Shown: positions 8,986-19,023 of the stretch, piece by piece
How positions within the stretch are numbered: the first letter of the stretch is position 1
Layout of the letters: each line of letters starts with the position of its first letter
Assembly (NCBI GenBank): GCA_964410725.1
Contig: CAYPID010000002.1
Location: 118,867-182,866 of the forward strand
Length of the DNA: 64,000 nucleotides
From: an uncultured Saprospiraceae bacterium
Lineage (GTDB): Bacteria > Bacteroidota > Bacteroidia > Chitinophagales > Saprospiraceae
Direction: 5' to 3'
Program-made: the position numbers and the translations under genes
Notes under the pieces: model-generated
Seen by the model: the letters and a program-made list of their open reading frames with translations, nothing else
What the model was told of the DNA's origin: nothing
Database searches by the model: none

Positions 8986-11900
8986 TTATAAATCAAATAT
9001 AGCTCCTACATAAATCCTTCGCGGTAAGCTAAAAAAATCTGGGTTTAACAAAGACCATTGGAAAGATGCCAAATATGCCTCAACTTCCCTATCCGAATTA
9101 TTGATATTTTCTAACTTATCTAGACCATTTGAAGACAACAAAAACCCATCATCCGTTGGAGAACCCGAAGCTGGATATACATTGATGATATTTTTTCTGT
9201 CCAACAAATTAGAGATCCTAGCATAAATATTTACAGCCCATCCTTCCCTCAGTTGAATAGACTTATCTACCCTGAGGTTTAACGTGAGGTTCCAGGGTTT
9301 CCTGGATCCATTGATCGACCCAGCAGTAGTAGCTCCTCCCAATTCTAATGGAGTGACCTGGGCCGTATAGGGCCTACCTGAAACCAAAATTCCTTGTAGG
9401 TTAACCCCAAAATTAGCCAATAGCTCCCTGTCTCCAATTCTTGGTCCAAAGTAACTCCTTCCACTACCGTATCTATAATCAACATTGGCAACAATCCTGT
9501 GCCTTTCATCAAAATTTAACGGAAATAAAGTTCTCAAATTACCCCTAGAAGTCAACCCCCGTTGAGAATTGGCATTAGACCCTGTACCATCTGCAAATTG
9601 CAAGGTATAGTTAGCCTGAAGAGAAACATTACCTGTCCGCCTTAAATCATATTGAAATGAAAACCCTTTTACCGTTCCGAAATCTAAATTGTCGTAAGTA
9701 GTATATTGATTTACTATTGGGACTGGAAAAAAGGTCCTTACCTGAATCATGTCCCTCATTTCCTTGTAATAAGCTGCAATTTTCAGGGCTGAAGACATCG
9801 ATAACCTTTGTTGGAATCCCACCTCATAATCAATGGTTCTTTCCGGCTTTAGATTGGGATTGTTTTTTACGTTACCCGCTTCATCTGTAAAATAAAAATA
9901 ATCTCTTGCGGTAGCCAAAGTATTTGAGGCTGGCCTCTGGACCAAAATGTCATAATGTGCAAAAAAATTCGCGACATCAGATATAGGAAAAGAAAAAGCC
10001 AATCTAGGCATCCAATTAACCTGAGCTTTGTAATCCTCAAAGGAAACCGATGGATCAAAATCTTTACTTTTAATAAAATTAGGATTATCCTGAACGCGAT
10101 CATCTTGATATCTTGGGTAAACTAATCCTCCGGAAAATAAATTCGTTGGACTGTTGACAGGCGTTCCATTTGCAGCATACCATTGATCCGCGTCCCTGTA
10201 AGCAGTTACACTATTGCCAGCTTCATCTAGGTAAACCTTATAATTGTCCATTATATTACCTGGCCTATCCCCACCAAATCTTTCATGAAATTCTCCAGCC
10301 CCCATAATTTCATATAACGAATAATTATCTTTTAGAACTCTTGTATTGGCATCATATCGATCAACCCTTAGCCCCAATCTAAATATGATATCCCTAAAAG
10401 TAAATTTATCTTGAAGATATACCGCCTGATAAATAGGTCTATTGGGAGCAACGGGAAAAGTTCTTACTCCTTCCGCATCTACAGCCGAGAAAAAATCCTC
10501 GAATTGCCCATCAAAATAGCCCCCCAAATAATCGTGGCCAAAATATCCCAACACTCCCTGATCATTCAATTCTTTGGCGGAAAACATAGACAAATCTAAT
10601 TCCTCTGGACTCAAACCATCTACATTGACATATTGATCTAGAGATTGTCCTGTAACTGCTCTAATAGATTTGTAAAATTTATTATCTCCAGAGGTCACAA
10701 TATCCAAACCCAATAAAGGAGTATTGACAAATGTCCCAATATCTGCATAACCGACAGTATCTGGATTAGCCGCAATTCCCTGGATATGATTATTGGCTTG
10801 CTGCCTAGCTATATCCCATAAAGATCTGGGTGCTACATTGTAACTCCTATCAATTCTTTGCTCATACCAAAATCCAATCTGAATATTATGCCTGCCAAAA
10901 TCAGATTTTTGCGGAACCCAATCAAAATTTAGTGCCCCACTAAGTGTATAGGTATCATTTTCTGTCTGCGAATATAAATTGTAGACCGTACCCACATTTG
11001 AATGAAAACCCCAAGAATTGGTAAATATTCCAGAAATTGTCCCATTCGGTGCATAAAAATTGTCCCTAGACAACAAATTTCCTGTGCCGGCCAAATTTGT
11101 AATTAAATAATCTGTAATTGTCCCATTCAAACCCTCATCAAAATTGATTTCCATGGCTTTATTGTAATTGGCCAAAACAGGGTTCCTATCCCCTGGAGTA
11201 TAGCTACGCAAAACCTGACGGTAATCTGTATGTATCAATTCTAAAAGCTGCGTTTCAGGATTAAATACTTGGACAAAAGTGGGTATCCAATCAATATCAA
11301 AATTTCCTACATATCCATAATCAAAATAATTAGCTCCGTGTCTAGGATCTGAAATTTCGCCTATAACCTTTTCAAATCCAGCTTGCAGAACATAAGAAAT
11401 ATTTCTAAATGCCCCTTTATCCTCCTTTTGATTCAACCGATGCCTAAATCTGAAATTTGCTCTATAGGAGCTATTATAACTGAAAGGATTATTATGACTA
11501 TTCAACACCCGCCAACCACCAGGGGTAAACTGATTTTTAGAATTTCTATAAGCTCCTGTGATGGAAATATCAATTTCATCCGAAATCCTTGCATCAATTT
11601 TAGCAGTAATGTCAGCTCGTTCAGCACTTTCAAAAGGCTTGTAAGGTAAAATATCCACATCTTCCCCTTTCATAAAATCCGCCGCAACATATGGACTGCC
11701 TCTTCTGGTCAAAATTGGGTTTTCTTCTAATTCGAGTAATTTATCTTCCTTTATTCTGAAAATATCGGTAGCTGGTGGATCATCATCTCCTAATTGGCTG
11801 TATCTACCTGCAATCCTAAAACCTAAAAGAGAGTTACCATTGCTTTTTTTCAAAATAGGTCCACTGAGATTGAACCCTACCAAGCTATTATCATAAGAGT

Positions 11901-12624
11901 CGAATGGGCTGGAAGACTCCACCTCTACACTGCCAGAAAATGAAGAGGATGGTCCCTTGGTAGTAATTGAAATAATGCCCCCAGTTACATCCCCATATTG
12001 AGCCTCAATACCACCAGTAATCACTTGCATCTGGTCAATTTCAGATTCGGGAATTAATGATCCTCTTACTCTAATTCCATCCACGTAATAATCTGTAGCG
12101 TTGGATCTTGACCCTCTAACATTTAATGCTTCTCCTTCATCCGAAGAAGCAAGTCCAGCAGATGTTGCCGCCAATGCATTAATGTTACGAGTAGGTAATG
12201 TCCTAATCTGGTCCCCAGTCAAAACCGACCCAGAAGTAGTATTGTCCTGCTCGATTAAAGGAACTTTATATTCTTTTACAATGACCTCATCCAAAACCAA
12301 TCCCCCATCAGATTCCATTAGAATATCCAATTTATTAGATTTTCCAGCTAATATCTGAACCCCTTTGATTCGCTGTGTAGCCAATCCAATATAACTGACT
12401 TCTACTTCGTAATTACCTGGATCTAAAGTTGGAAAGCTATAAAATCCATCCAAATCAGTATCCGATCCTGTAATCAATACCCCATTTTTATAGACCACTA
12501 CATTTGCAAAGGCCACAGGTTCCTTGTCATCACCATTACTTACTATACCTGATAAGGAAGTTTGACCAATCAACCAATTAGCCAAAACCATTCCAACCAA
12601 TAAAAAAAATGTCCTCAATCTCAT
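8986..12624 (-). CDS. TonB-dependent-receptor-type outer-membrane protein with N-terminal carboxypeptidase-regulatory-like domain (no SusD partner)
   Basis: 1212 aa with a signal peptide. It has a CarboxypepD_reg-like beta-sandwich (GIVSNGDDKEPVAFANVVVYKNGVLITGSDTDLDGFYSF..GNYEVEVSYIG). It also has a plug region (LDEVIVKEYK...VLTGDQIRTLPTRNINALAATSAGL...LNVRGSRSNATDYYVDGIRV) and a long beta-barrel. Confidence 0.8.
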   Translation of the reverse strand: MRLRTFFLLVGMVLANWLIGQTSLSGIVSNGDDKEPVAFANVVVYKNGVLITGSDTDLDGFYSFPTLDPGNYEVEVSYIGLATQRIKGVQILAGKSNKLDILMESDGGLVLDEVIVKEYKVPLIEQDNTTSGSVLTGDQIRTLPTRNINALAATSAGLASSDEGEALNVRGSRSNATDYYVDGIRVRGSLIPESEIDQMQVITGGIEAQYGDVTGGIISITTKGPSSSFSGSVEVESSSPFDSYDNSLVGFNLSGPILKKSNGNSLLGFRIAGRYSQLGDDDPPATDIFRIKEDKLLELEENPILTRRGSPYVAADFMKGEDVDILPYKPFESAERADITAKIDARISDEIDISITGAYRNSKNQFTPGGWRVLNSHNNPFSYNSSYRANFRFRHRLNQKEDKGAFRNISYVLQAGFEKVIGEISDPRHGANYFDYGYVGNFDIDWIPTFVQVFNPETQLLELIHTDYRQVLRSYTPGDRNPVLANYNKAMEINFDEGLNGTITDYLITNLAGTGNLLSRDNFYAPNGTISGIFTNSWGFHSNVGTVYNLYSQTENDTYTLSGALNFDWVPQKSDFGRHNIQIGFWYEQRIDRSYNVAPRSLWDIARQQANNHIQGIAANPDTVGYADIGTFVNTPLLGLDIVTSGDNKFYKSIRAVTGQSLDQYVNVDGLSPEELDLSMFSAKELNDQGVLGYFGHDYLGGYFDGQFEDFFSAVDAEGVRTFPVAPNRPIYQAVYLQDKFTFRDIIFRLGLRVDRYDANTRVLKDNYSLYEIMGAGEFHERFGGDRPGNIMDNYKVYLDEAGNSVTAYRDADQWYAANGTPVNSPTNLFSGGLVYPRYQDDRVQDNPNFIKSKDFDPSVSFEDYKAQVNWMPRLAFSFPISDVANFFAHYDILVQRPASNTLATARDYFYFTDEAGNVKNNPNLKPERTIDYEVGFQQRLSMSSALKIAAYYKEMRDMIQVRTFFPVPIVNQYTTYDNLDFGTVKGFSFQYDLRRTGNVSLQANYTLQFADGTGSNANSQRGLTSRGNLRTLFPLNFDERHRIVANVDYRYGSGRSYFGPRIGDRELLANFGVNLQGILVSGRPYTAQVTPLELGGATTAGSINGSRKPWNLTLNLRVDKSIQLREGWAVNIYARISNLLDRKNIINVYPASGSPTDDGFLLSSNGLDKLENINNSDREVEAYLASFQWSLLNPDFFSLPRRIYVGAIFDL

Positions 12625-12867
12625 ATTTCAAAAGCTATTGTTTCCTCAAGGAAAGAGGTTAAGTCCACAAGATACTACATTATTGTACCTAAATATTCCA
12701 TGAAGCTCCAATTTTTCGTTTTGAAATCCTTGAATTGATGGCGACCTTTTAATTGTAATTGAATTTTAATGTCAATAAAATTCAGAAAACGACTCTTTTT
12801 AATTGGAATTATGGCAATATTTTAACGGGTAACTTATAAAAAGTACCTTTTTTTAAGGCTCCTAAAG

Positions 12868-12875
12868 TATATTTG
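12868..12875 (+). promoter_or_regulatory. Candidate -7 box (carB)
   Basis: TATATTTG, with 25 nt before the carB ATG. Confidence 0.4.
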
Positions 12876-12900
12876 CTGCCGGTGTGAAAAAAATAGATAA

Positions 12901-15732
12901 ATGCCTAGAGACAATTCCATAAAATCAGTTTTAATTATAGGAAGTGGCCCCATTGTTATAGGTCAGGCTTGTGAATTTGATTATTCAGGTTCTCAGGCAG
13001 CAAGGTCCCTAAGAGAAGAAGGTATAGAAGTTACTTTAATCAATAGCAATCCCGCTACTATAATGACGGACCCCGTCACTGCTGATCACGTCCATCTCTT
13101 ACCGCTTACCGTAGATAGCATTATTGAGGTTTTGGAAATGCGCAAAATAGATGCCGTACTGCCAACTATGGGAGGACAAACTGCATTAAACTTAGCAATT
13201 GAAGCAGGAAAACTAGGTGTTTGGGAGAAATATAACATCCGATTAATCGGGGTTGACCTCAACGCTATAGAACTCACTGAAAATAGAGAGGCCTTTAGAC
13301 AACATATGATCGATATAGGCCTAAGTGTAGCACCATCACATATTGCTAATTCATTTTTAGAAGGAAAAGAAGCTGCGCAAAAAATTGGATTCCCACTTGT
13401 CATCAGACCTTCCTACACTCTAGGTGGTTCAGGTGGAGCTTTTGTTCATAAAGAAGAAGAATTTGATGCCGCTCTTAGAAATGGCTTAAATATGTCTCCA
13501 ACCCATGAGGTACTAGTCGAAAAGGCTGTATTAGGTTGGAAAGAATTTGAATTGGAATTGCTTAGAGACCAAGCGGATAATGTAGTTATCATTTGTACCG
13601 TCGAAAACTTAGATCCAATGGGTATTCATACGGGTGATAGTATTACCGTTGCCCCAGCTATGACCCTCTCTGATACTGCTTATCAGGAAATGAGAGACCA
13701 AGCTATAAAAGCCATGCGCTCTTTGGGTAATTTTGCCGGAGGCTGTAATATTCAATTCTCCATTAACCCTGAAGATGAACATCTAATTGTAATCGAAATA
13801 AATCCAAGAGTTTCAAGATCCTCCGCTTTGGCGAGCAAGGCAACTGGGTACCCTATTGCTAAAATTGCCGCTAAACTGGCAATAGGCTACACCTTAGATG
13901 AACTAAAGAACCAAATTACTAAAAACACCTCCGCTTTCTTTGAACCAACATTGGATTATGTAATTGTTAAGATGCCTCGTTGGAATTTCGACAAATTTCC
14001 CGGTTCAGATACCAGTCTAGGTTTGCAAATGAAATCCGTAGGAGAAGTTATGGGAATCGGAAGAACTTTCAAAGAAGCTCTTCAAAAAGCATGTCAATCT
14101 TTAGAAAACAATAGACTAGGTTTAGGCGCAGATAACAAAGAGTGGATTCAAACTGCTGATATTCTATCTAGGTTAGAAAAGCCAAGTGATGATCGAATCT
14201 TCAGACTAAAAGATGCGCTAGCTCTGGGAGTCCCTGAGAAAACCATTCAAAAGTTGACCAAAATAGACCCTTGGTTTATTAAGCAGATAAAAGACTTAGT
14301 TCAGTTCGAAAATCACCTAAAATCCTTTAAAACCATCGATGCTGTTCCCTCTAATTTTCTTAAAGAATTAAAACAAGCGGGATATTCAGATGGGCAAATT
14401 GGATGGGTTTTGAGGACCACGGAAGAAGAGGTAGCACAAAGAAGAAAAGCTTTAGGTATTCGAAGGACCTATAAAATGGTAGACACCTGTGCTGCAGAAT
14501 TTGAAGCACAAACGCCCTATTTTTACTCCACCTTCGAATCAGAAAACGAAAGCATACCCAATCCAAACAAGAAAAAAATTATTGTTTTAGGCTCAGGCCC
14601 TAATAGGATTGGCCAGGGAATTGAATTCGATTATTGTTGTGTACATGGAATACTAGCTATTAAGGATGTTGGTTATGAAGCCATTATGATTAATTGTAAT
14701 CCCGAAACGGTCTCTACTGATTTCGATATTGCAGATAAGTTATACTTCGAGCCTGTCTTCTGGGAACATCTGGAAGAAATAATTAATCTTGAAAAGCCAG
14801 ATGGAATTATCGTGCAATTAGGTGGCCAAACCGCCTTAAAGTTGGCAGAAACCTTTTATAAGAAAGGTATCAAAATTGTTGGTACTGACTTTCCATCTAT
14901 GGACTTGGCCGAAGATAGAGGTGCGTTTTCCGATTTACTAAAATCATTAGATATTCCCTATCCGAGATATGGCGTAGCTGAAACTACAGATTTAGCACTT
15001 CAAATTGCCAGAGAAGTGACCTATCCTGTTCTAGTCAGGCCCTCATACGTGTTAGGAGGCCAGCAAATGAGAATTGTTATCAATGACCAGGAATTAGAAA
15101 AACACGTTCTAAGCATTTTCAAGCATTTGCCCGACAATAAAGTTTTAATAGATCAATTTCTAGATCGTGCAAAGGAGGCCGAAATAGATGCCATTTGTGA
15201 TGGAGATGAGGTTCATATCATGGGCGTTATGGAACATATTGAACCTGCAGGTATACACTCTGGAGATAGTTCTGCCGTTTTACCTACCTACAGTCTTTCC
15301 GTAGAAGCCGTTAATACCATGGTAGACTATACCCATAAATTAGCGAAAGCTCTGAAAATTAAAGGATTAATCAACATTCAATTTGCTATTAAAAAAGTCG
15401 GAGATACTGAAAAGGTTTACGTTATTGAAGCTAATCCACGAGCTTCCAGAACTACACCCTTCATAGCCAAAGCCTATAAAGTCCCTTATTTACAAATAGC
15501 TACTAAAGTGATGTTAGGCACCCACAAGTTAAAGGATTTTGATATCAAACCGCAACCGAGTGGATATGCCATTAAGGTTCCAGTTTTTTCTTTTAATAAA
15601 TTTCCTAATGTGGATAAAAACTTAGGACCTGAAATGAAATCTACCGGGGAAGCTATTCAATTCATTAAGGATTTAACAGATCCATTTTTCCGTGAACTGG
15701 ATAGCAAAAGATATATGTATTTAACTCGTTAA
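12901..15732 (+). CDS. carB: Carbamoyl-phosphate synthase large subunit (short form, no C-terminal allosteric domain)
   Basis: 943 aa with two ATP-grasp halves: [14 protein letters not shown] / [13 protein letters not shown], and [16 protein letters not shown] / [10 protein letters not shown]. The ORF ends about 27 aa after the second PEMKSTGE motif. Confidence 0.95.
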   Translation: MPRDNSIKSVLIIGSGPIVIGQACEFDYSGSQAARSLREEGIEVTLINSNPATIMTDPVTADHVHLLPLTVDSIIEVLEMRKIDAVLPTMGGQTALNLAIEAGKLGVWEKYNIRLIGVDLNAIELTENREAFRQHMIDIGLSVAPSHIANSFLEGKEAAQKIGFPLVIRPSYTLGGSGGAFVHKEEEFDAALRNGLNMSPTHEVLVEKAVLGWKEFELELLRDQADNVVIICTVENLDPMGIHTGDSITVAPAMTLSDTAYQEMRDQAIKAMRSLGNFAGGCNIQFSINPEDEHLIVIEINPRVSRSSALASKATGYPIAKIAAKLAIGYTLDELKNQITKNTSAFFEPTLDYVIVKMPRWNFDKFPGSDTSLGLQMKSVGEVMGIGRTFKEALQKACQSLENNRLGLGADNKEWIQTADILSRLEKPSDDRIFRLKDALALGVPEKTIQKLTKIDPWFIKQIKDLVQFENHLKSFKTIDAVPSNFLKELKQAGYSDGQIGWVLRTTEEEVAQRRKALGIRRTYKMVDTCAAEFEAQTPYFYSTFESENESIPNPNKKKIIVLGSGPNRIGQGIEFDYCCVHGILAIKDVGYEAIMINCNPETVSTDFDIADKLYFEPVFWEHLEEIINLEKPDGIIVQLGGQTALKLAETFYKKGIKIVGTDFPSMDLAEDRGAFSDLLKSLDIPYPRYGVAETTDLALQIAREVTYPVLVRPSYVLGGQQMRIVINDQELEKHVLSIFKHLPDNKVLIDQFLDRAKEAEIDAICDGDEVHIMGVMEHIEPAGIHSGDSSAVLPTYSLSVEAVNTMVDYTHKLAKALKIKGLINIQFAIKKVGDTEKVYVIEANPRASRTTPFIAKAYKVPYLQIATKVMLGTHKLKDFDIKPQPSGYAIKVPVFSFNKFPNVDKNLGPEMKSTGEAIQFIKDLTDPFFRELDSKRYMYLTR

Positions 15733-16217
15733 TTTTTCTCGGACCAGACTATTTGCAAATCGGAAACTCCATATAGAATAGAGTCTCTTGTCCATTGGCT
15801 GATTGAAATTTTCATCTCATCATCCGTAAAGGAATCAATTTGCTCTTCTTCCAAATCGTAATCAATAGTACATATTGATCCTGTGCAACTGCCAAGCCAG
15901 CTGCCAAATTTATCTGCAAGTTGAACTGAAAAAACCTTAGATCCAGAAGCATCTTTAGTTCCAACAAAATTTCCCCTTAAGTAAATGTTCTCAAATTCAA
16001 AGGTGTCTGAAATGGTAATTCTTAACTTCAATGATTGATTGGACCTCCTGTCTTTCGAATTCACTCCATTAAATACCAAACTATCCGAATAGCTCCATCC
16101 TCCCGATAAGTTTTGAACCGGTATAGGCTCATATACCTTTTCAGAGGTACACCCTAACACTCCAAAAATGAATATAAAAAATATTAGGCCAAAGAATTCA
16201 AACCTATTGATCTTCAT
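15729..16217 (-). CDS. GldH-like gliding-motility/T9SS-associated lipoprotein
   Basis: 162 aa with lipobox FGVLGC. Size and pattern (W..D.L.F..., [10 protein letters not shown], ...[17 protein letters not shown]..., [18 protein letters not shown]) match my recollection of the GldH family. Its ATG overlaps the dnaJ stop (TAATG). Confidence 0.5.
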   Translation of the reverse strand: MKINRFEFFGLIFFIFIFGVLGCTSEKVYEPIPVQNLSGGWSYSDSLVFNGVNSKDRRSNQSLKLRITISDTFEFENIYLRGNFVGTKDASGSKVFSVQLADKFGSWLGSCTGSICTIDYDLEEEQIDSFTDDEMKISISQWTRDSILYGVSDLQIVWSEKN

Positions 16218-17383
16218 TACTTAAAATAATCCTTCATCTTTTCAAAAAATCCTTTGTCACCTTTACCGGGATCAGGCTTAAAATTTTCCATAGACCTCAT
16301 TTGCTCCAAAAGTACCTTTTCGTCTTCATTTAATTTTTTGGGCGTCCAAACATTGACATGTATCAATTGATCTCCTCTACCGTAACTTTGAACTGATGGA
16401 AGCCCCTTTTCTTTAAGCCTAAAGATTTTCCCTGACTGAGTCCCTGAAGGAATTTTTATTTTCACTTTACCATCTAATACAGGTACTTCCACAGATGTTC
16501 CCAAAGCAGCATCTGCAAAATTCAAATACAATTCAAAAATGATATTGCTACCGTCGCGTTGGAAAAATTCGTGCTCTTTTTCCTCAATATTTATAATCAA
16601 ATCGCCCGAAGGACCTCCTTTCATCCCAGCATTACCATTGCCTCGCATAGACAATTGCATTCCCTCTTCTACCCCAGCAGGAATCTCAATCTCAATCATT
16701 TCTTCCCCATACATTCTTCCATCCCCTTTACATTTCGGACAACTTGCCGTTACGGTTTGACCAGAACCATTACAACTTGGACAGGTGACAGTAGTCTGCA
16801 TTTGTCCAAGAAAGGTATTCTTAACCTGCCTCACATATCCTGCACCTCTACAAGTATTACAAGTTTGAACTGACCCACTATCCTTTGCTCCTGATCCACT
16901 GCAAACATCGCACGCAATTTGCTTTTTAACCTTAATCCGTTTAGTTACACCTTTAGAAATTTCTTCTAAAGTCAAACTTACCTTAATTCTTAAATTAGAG
17001 CCCCTTTGACCTCTCCCCCTACTTTGACCGCGACTACCTCCACCAAAAAAAGATTCAAAAGGACTTCCAGAATCTCCAAAAATATCACCAAACTGCTGGA
17101 AAATATCCTCCATAGTCATTCCCCCACCAGAGAAACCCCCTCTACCAGCCCCTCCATTTTCAACACCCGCATGCCCATAACGATCATACCTGGCACGCTT
17201 GTCAGCATCACTTAGTATTTCATATGCTTCAGCAGCTTCTTTAAACATTTCCTCAGCCTTAGCATCTCCAGGATTTTTATCCGGATGATATTTAATGGCC
17301 AATTTCCTATATGCCTTCTTTATTTCAGCCTGCTCAGCTGATTTGCCAACCCCCAATACTTCGTAATAATCTCTTTTTGCCAT
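16217..17383 (-). CDS. dnaJ: Molecular chaperone DnaJ
   Basis: J-domain ([16 protein letters not shown]), a G/F-rich linker and four CxxCxGxG zinc motifs ([32 protein letters not shown]). Confidence 0.97.
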   Translation of the reverse strand: MAKRDYYEVLGVGKSAEQAEIKKAYRKLAIKYHPDKNPGDAKAEEMFKEAAEAYEILSDADKRARYDRYGHAGVENGGAGRGGFSGGGMTMEDIFQQFGDIFGDSGSPFESFFGGGSRGQSRGRGQRGSNLRIKVSLTLEEISKGVTKRIKVKKQIACDVCSGSGAKDSGSVQTCNTCRGAGYVRQVKNTFLGQMQTTVTCPSCNGSGQTVTASCPKCKGDGRMYGEEMIEIEIPAGVEEGMQLSMRGNGNAGMKGGPSGDLIINIEEKEHEFFQRDGSNIIFELYLNFADAALGTSVEVPVLDGKVKIKIPSGTQSGKIFRLKEKGLPSVQSYGRGDQLIHVNVWTPKKLNEDEKVLLEQMRSMENFKPDPGKGDKGFFEKMKDYFK

Positions 17384-17389
17384 AATTTA

Positions 17390-17965
17390 TTATTTACCCG
17401 TTACCACTTTGGCATATCTGATAATTTTATCATTCAATAGATAGCCTTCTTCTAAGGTATCTACCACCTTACCTTTTAAATCTTCTGAAGGTGCAGGAAT
17501 TTCAGTTACCGCTTCATGTAATTCAGCATCAAATTCCATACCCGTCGATTCCATTTTCTTTAAACCTTTGCCCGTTAACACTGCATACAATTTTTGATAA
17601 ACTAAAGAAACTCCTTCGGAAAAAACCTCCTTACTGTCTGGTTGCTCAGCAATTTTCTTAGCCCTGTCAAAATCATCTAAAACAGGAAGCAAAGCTGACA
17701 TTGTGTCTCTCGCAGCAGTTTGCATAAACTCCATCTTTTCCTTCATACTTCGCTTCCGGAAATTATCAAACTCCGCATAAATCCGTAAATATTTATCCTT
17801 GAGTTCCTTATTTTCTTCCTGAAGTTTATTGATTTGCTCTTCAATACTACCCCCCTCACTTGAATCCTCTAAATTCTCCTCTTGAGTTGGTGCCCCATTT
17901 TCTGCATCTTGTAAAGATTCGTTTTCCATATTTTCGCTTTCCTTAGATTTAATATCCTTCTCCAT
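17390..17965 (-). CDS. grpE: Nucleotide exchange factor GrpE
   Basis: 191 aa with an acidic N-terminus and a coiled coil followed by the GrpE core (YLRIYAEFDNFRKR...). It lies 6 bp upstream of dnaJ. Confidence 0.93.
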   Translation of the reverse strand: MEKDIKSKESENMENESLQDAENGAPTQEENLEDSSEGGSIEEQINKLQEENKELKDKYLRIYAEFDNFRKRSMKEKMEFMQTAARDTMSALLPVLDDFDRAKKIAEQPDSKEVFSEGVSLVYQKLYAVLTGKGLKKMESTGMEFDAELHEAVTEIPAPSEDLKGKVVDTLEEGYLLNDKIIRYAKVVTGK

Positions 17966-18049
17966 AATTTATAAAATTTTGAGCAAACAAAATGAATCTT
18001 CTTTTAATTATCAATTTCTTTGCCACTTTACTGAATCAGACATTTTGTC

Positions 18050-18110
18050 ACAAAAAAATAACCCTTAAGTTTATACCTAAGGGTTATTCAGCTTTCGGCA
18101 AGTCGAAAGC
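18050..18110 (-). terminator. Rho-independent terminator of the atp operon (tandem hairpins plus U-tract)
   Basis: On the minus strand, directly after the atpG stop: hairpin GCUUUCG-ACUUGC-CGAAAGC (18110..18091). It is followed by an 11-bp stem AAUAACCCUUA-(10 nt)-UAAGGGUUAUU (18088..18057) running into UUUUUUG. Confidence 0.8.
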
Positions 18111-18111
18111 C

Positions 18112-19014
18112 TTATTCACTTTCTAAAGCCGCAGCACCACTAACGATTTCTAAAATTTCAGTAGTAATAGCTTCTTGTCTAGCCTTATTATAGGATATTC
18201 TTAATTCTCTTAAAAGCTCATTAGCATTTTCCGTAGCTGCATCCATAGCAGTCATCCTAGCCCCGTGTTCTGATGCGTGAGTATCCAATAAATATTTATA
18301 TAGCGTAGTTTGCAAAATACTTGGAACCAAATGATTTAATAATTGAGTTTTATTAGGTTCAAACAAGTAATCAGCTTTTAAAGAAGAATCAGAATCGTTA
18401 CCATCAGCCTCCAAAGGAGCTACCGGCAACCACTGCTCAATTTCAGGATATTGTACAGCTGCATTCTTAAATCTTCCGTAAGCTACCTTTATTGAATCAA
18501 ATTGATTGCTTTCGAAATCAGCCATTAGTCCTCTTGCAATAGTAACTACTTTATCAAAGTTTAGATCATCGAATAATTCAACATGATCAGCAACGATTGT
18601 AGCTTTTGTATATCTCTTCTTTAGAAAATCATACCCTCGTTTGCCTATGAATATAATTGTCAACTTTCCAGCTTGATAGGCTGCTTGATAATTTCCCTCG
18701 ATTTCCTTAATCGCTTCTTTAATAATATTGGTATTGAAAGCTCCGCATAAACCGCGGTTGGAAGTTACCACTACCAGACAAGCACGCTCAATAACGCGCT
18801 GCTGACCAAAGACTGTATCTGCATCACCTTCCAAATTAGAGAGTATATTTCGCAACAAGTTATTAAGCTTATTGGCATAAGGCCTCATTTGCTGAATAGC
18901 TGTCTGTGCTCTTCTAAGTTTAGCTGCAGATACCATTTTCATTGCCTTAGTAATCTGCTGGGTGTTCATAACAGACCCAATACGCTCTCTTACTTCTTTA
19001 AGATTTCCTGCCAT
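18112..19014 (-). CDS. atpG: F0F1 ATP synthase subunit gamma
   Basis: 300 aa. It has the N-terminal MAGNLKEVRERIGSVMNTQQITKAMKMVSAAKLRRAQ and the C-terminal helix typical of gamma. Confidence 0.95.
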   Translation of the reverse strand: MAGNLKEVRERIGSVMNTQQITKAMKMVSAAKLRRAQTAIQQMRPYANKLNNLLRNILSNLEGDADTVFGQQRVIERACLVVVTSNRGLCGAFNTNIIKEAIKEIEGNYQAAYQAGKLTIIFIGKRGYDFLKKRYTKATIVADHVELFDDLNFDKVVTIARGLMADFESNQFDSIKVAYGRFKNAAVQYPEIEQWLPVAPLEADGNDSDSSLKADYLFEPNKTQLLNHLVPSILQTTLYKYLLDTHASEHGARMTAMDAATENANELLRELRISYNKARQEAITTEILEIVSGAAALESE

Positions 19015-19023
19015 AAGGCTATT

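Noticed and set aside
12729-12810. Repeated TAATTG(G)AATT / TGAATTGA motifs and a weak ARG-box-like TGAATTTTAATGTCA in the receptor/carB divergent region
   Set aside because: The matches to the ArgR half-site consensus are only partial, and the motifs are made almost entirely of A and T in an AT-rich spacer. This cannot be distinguished from chance without comparative data.
12625-12900. Possible cobalamin or other riboswitch in the 276-bp leader of the TonB-dependent-type receptor
   Set aside because: I found no B12-box-like GCCACTG element or extended conserved helices on the minus strand. The region is AT-rich with only short 4-5 bp inverted repeats.
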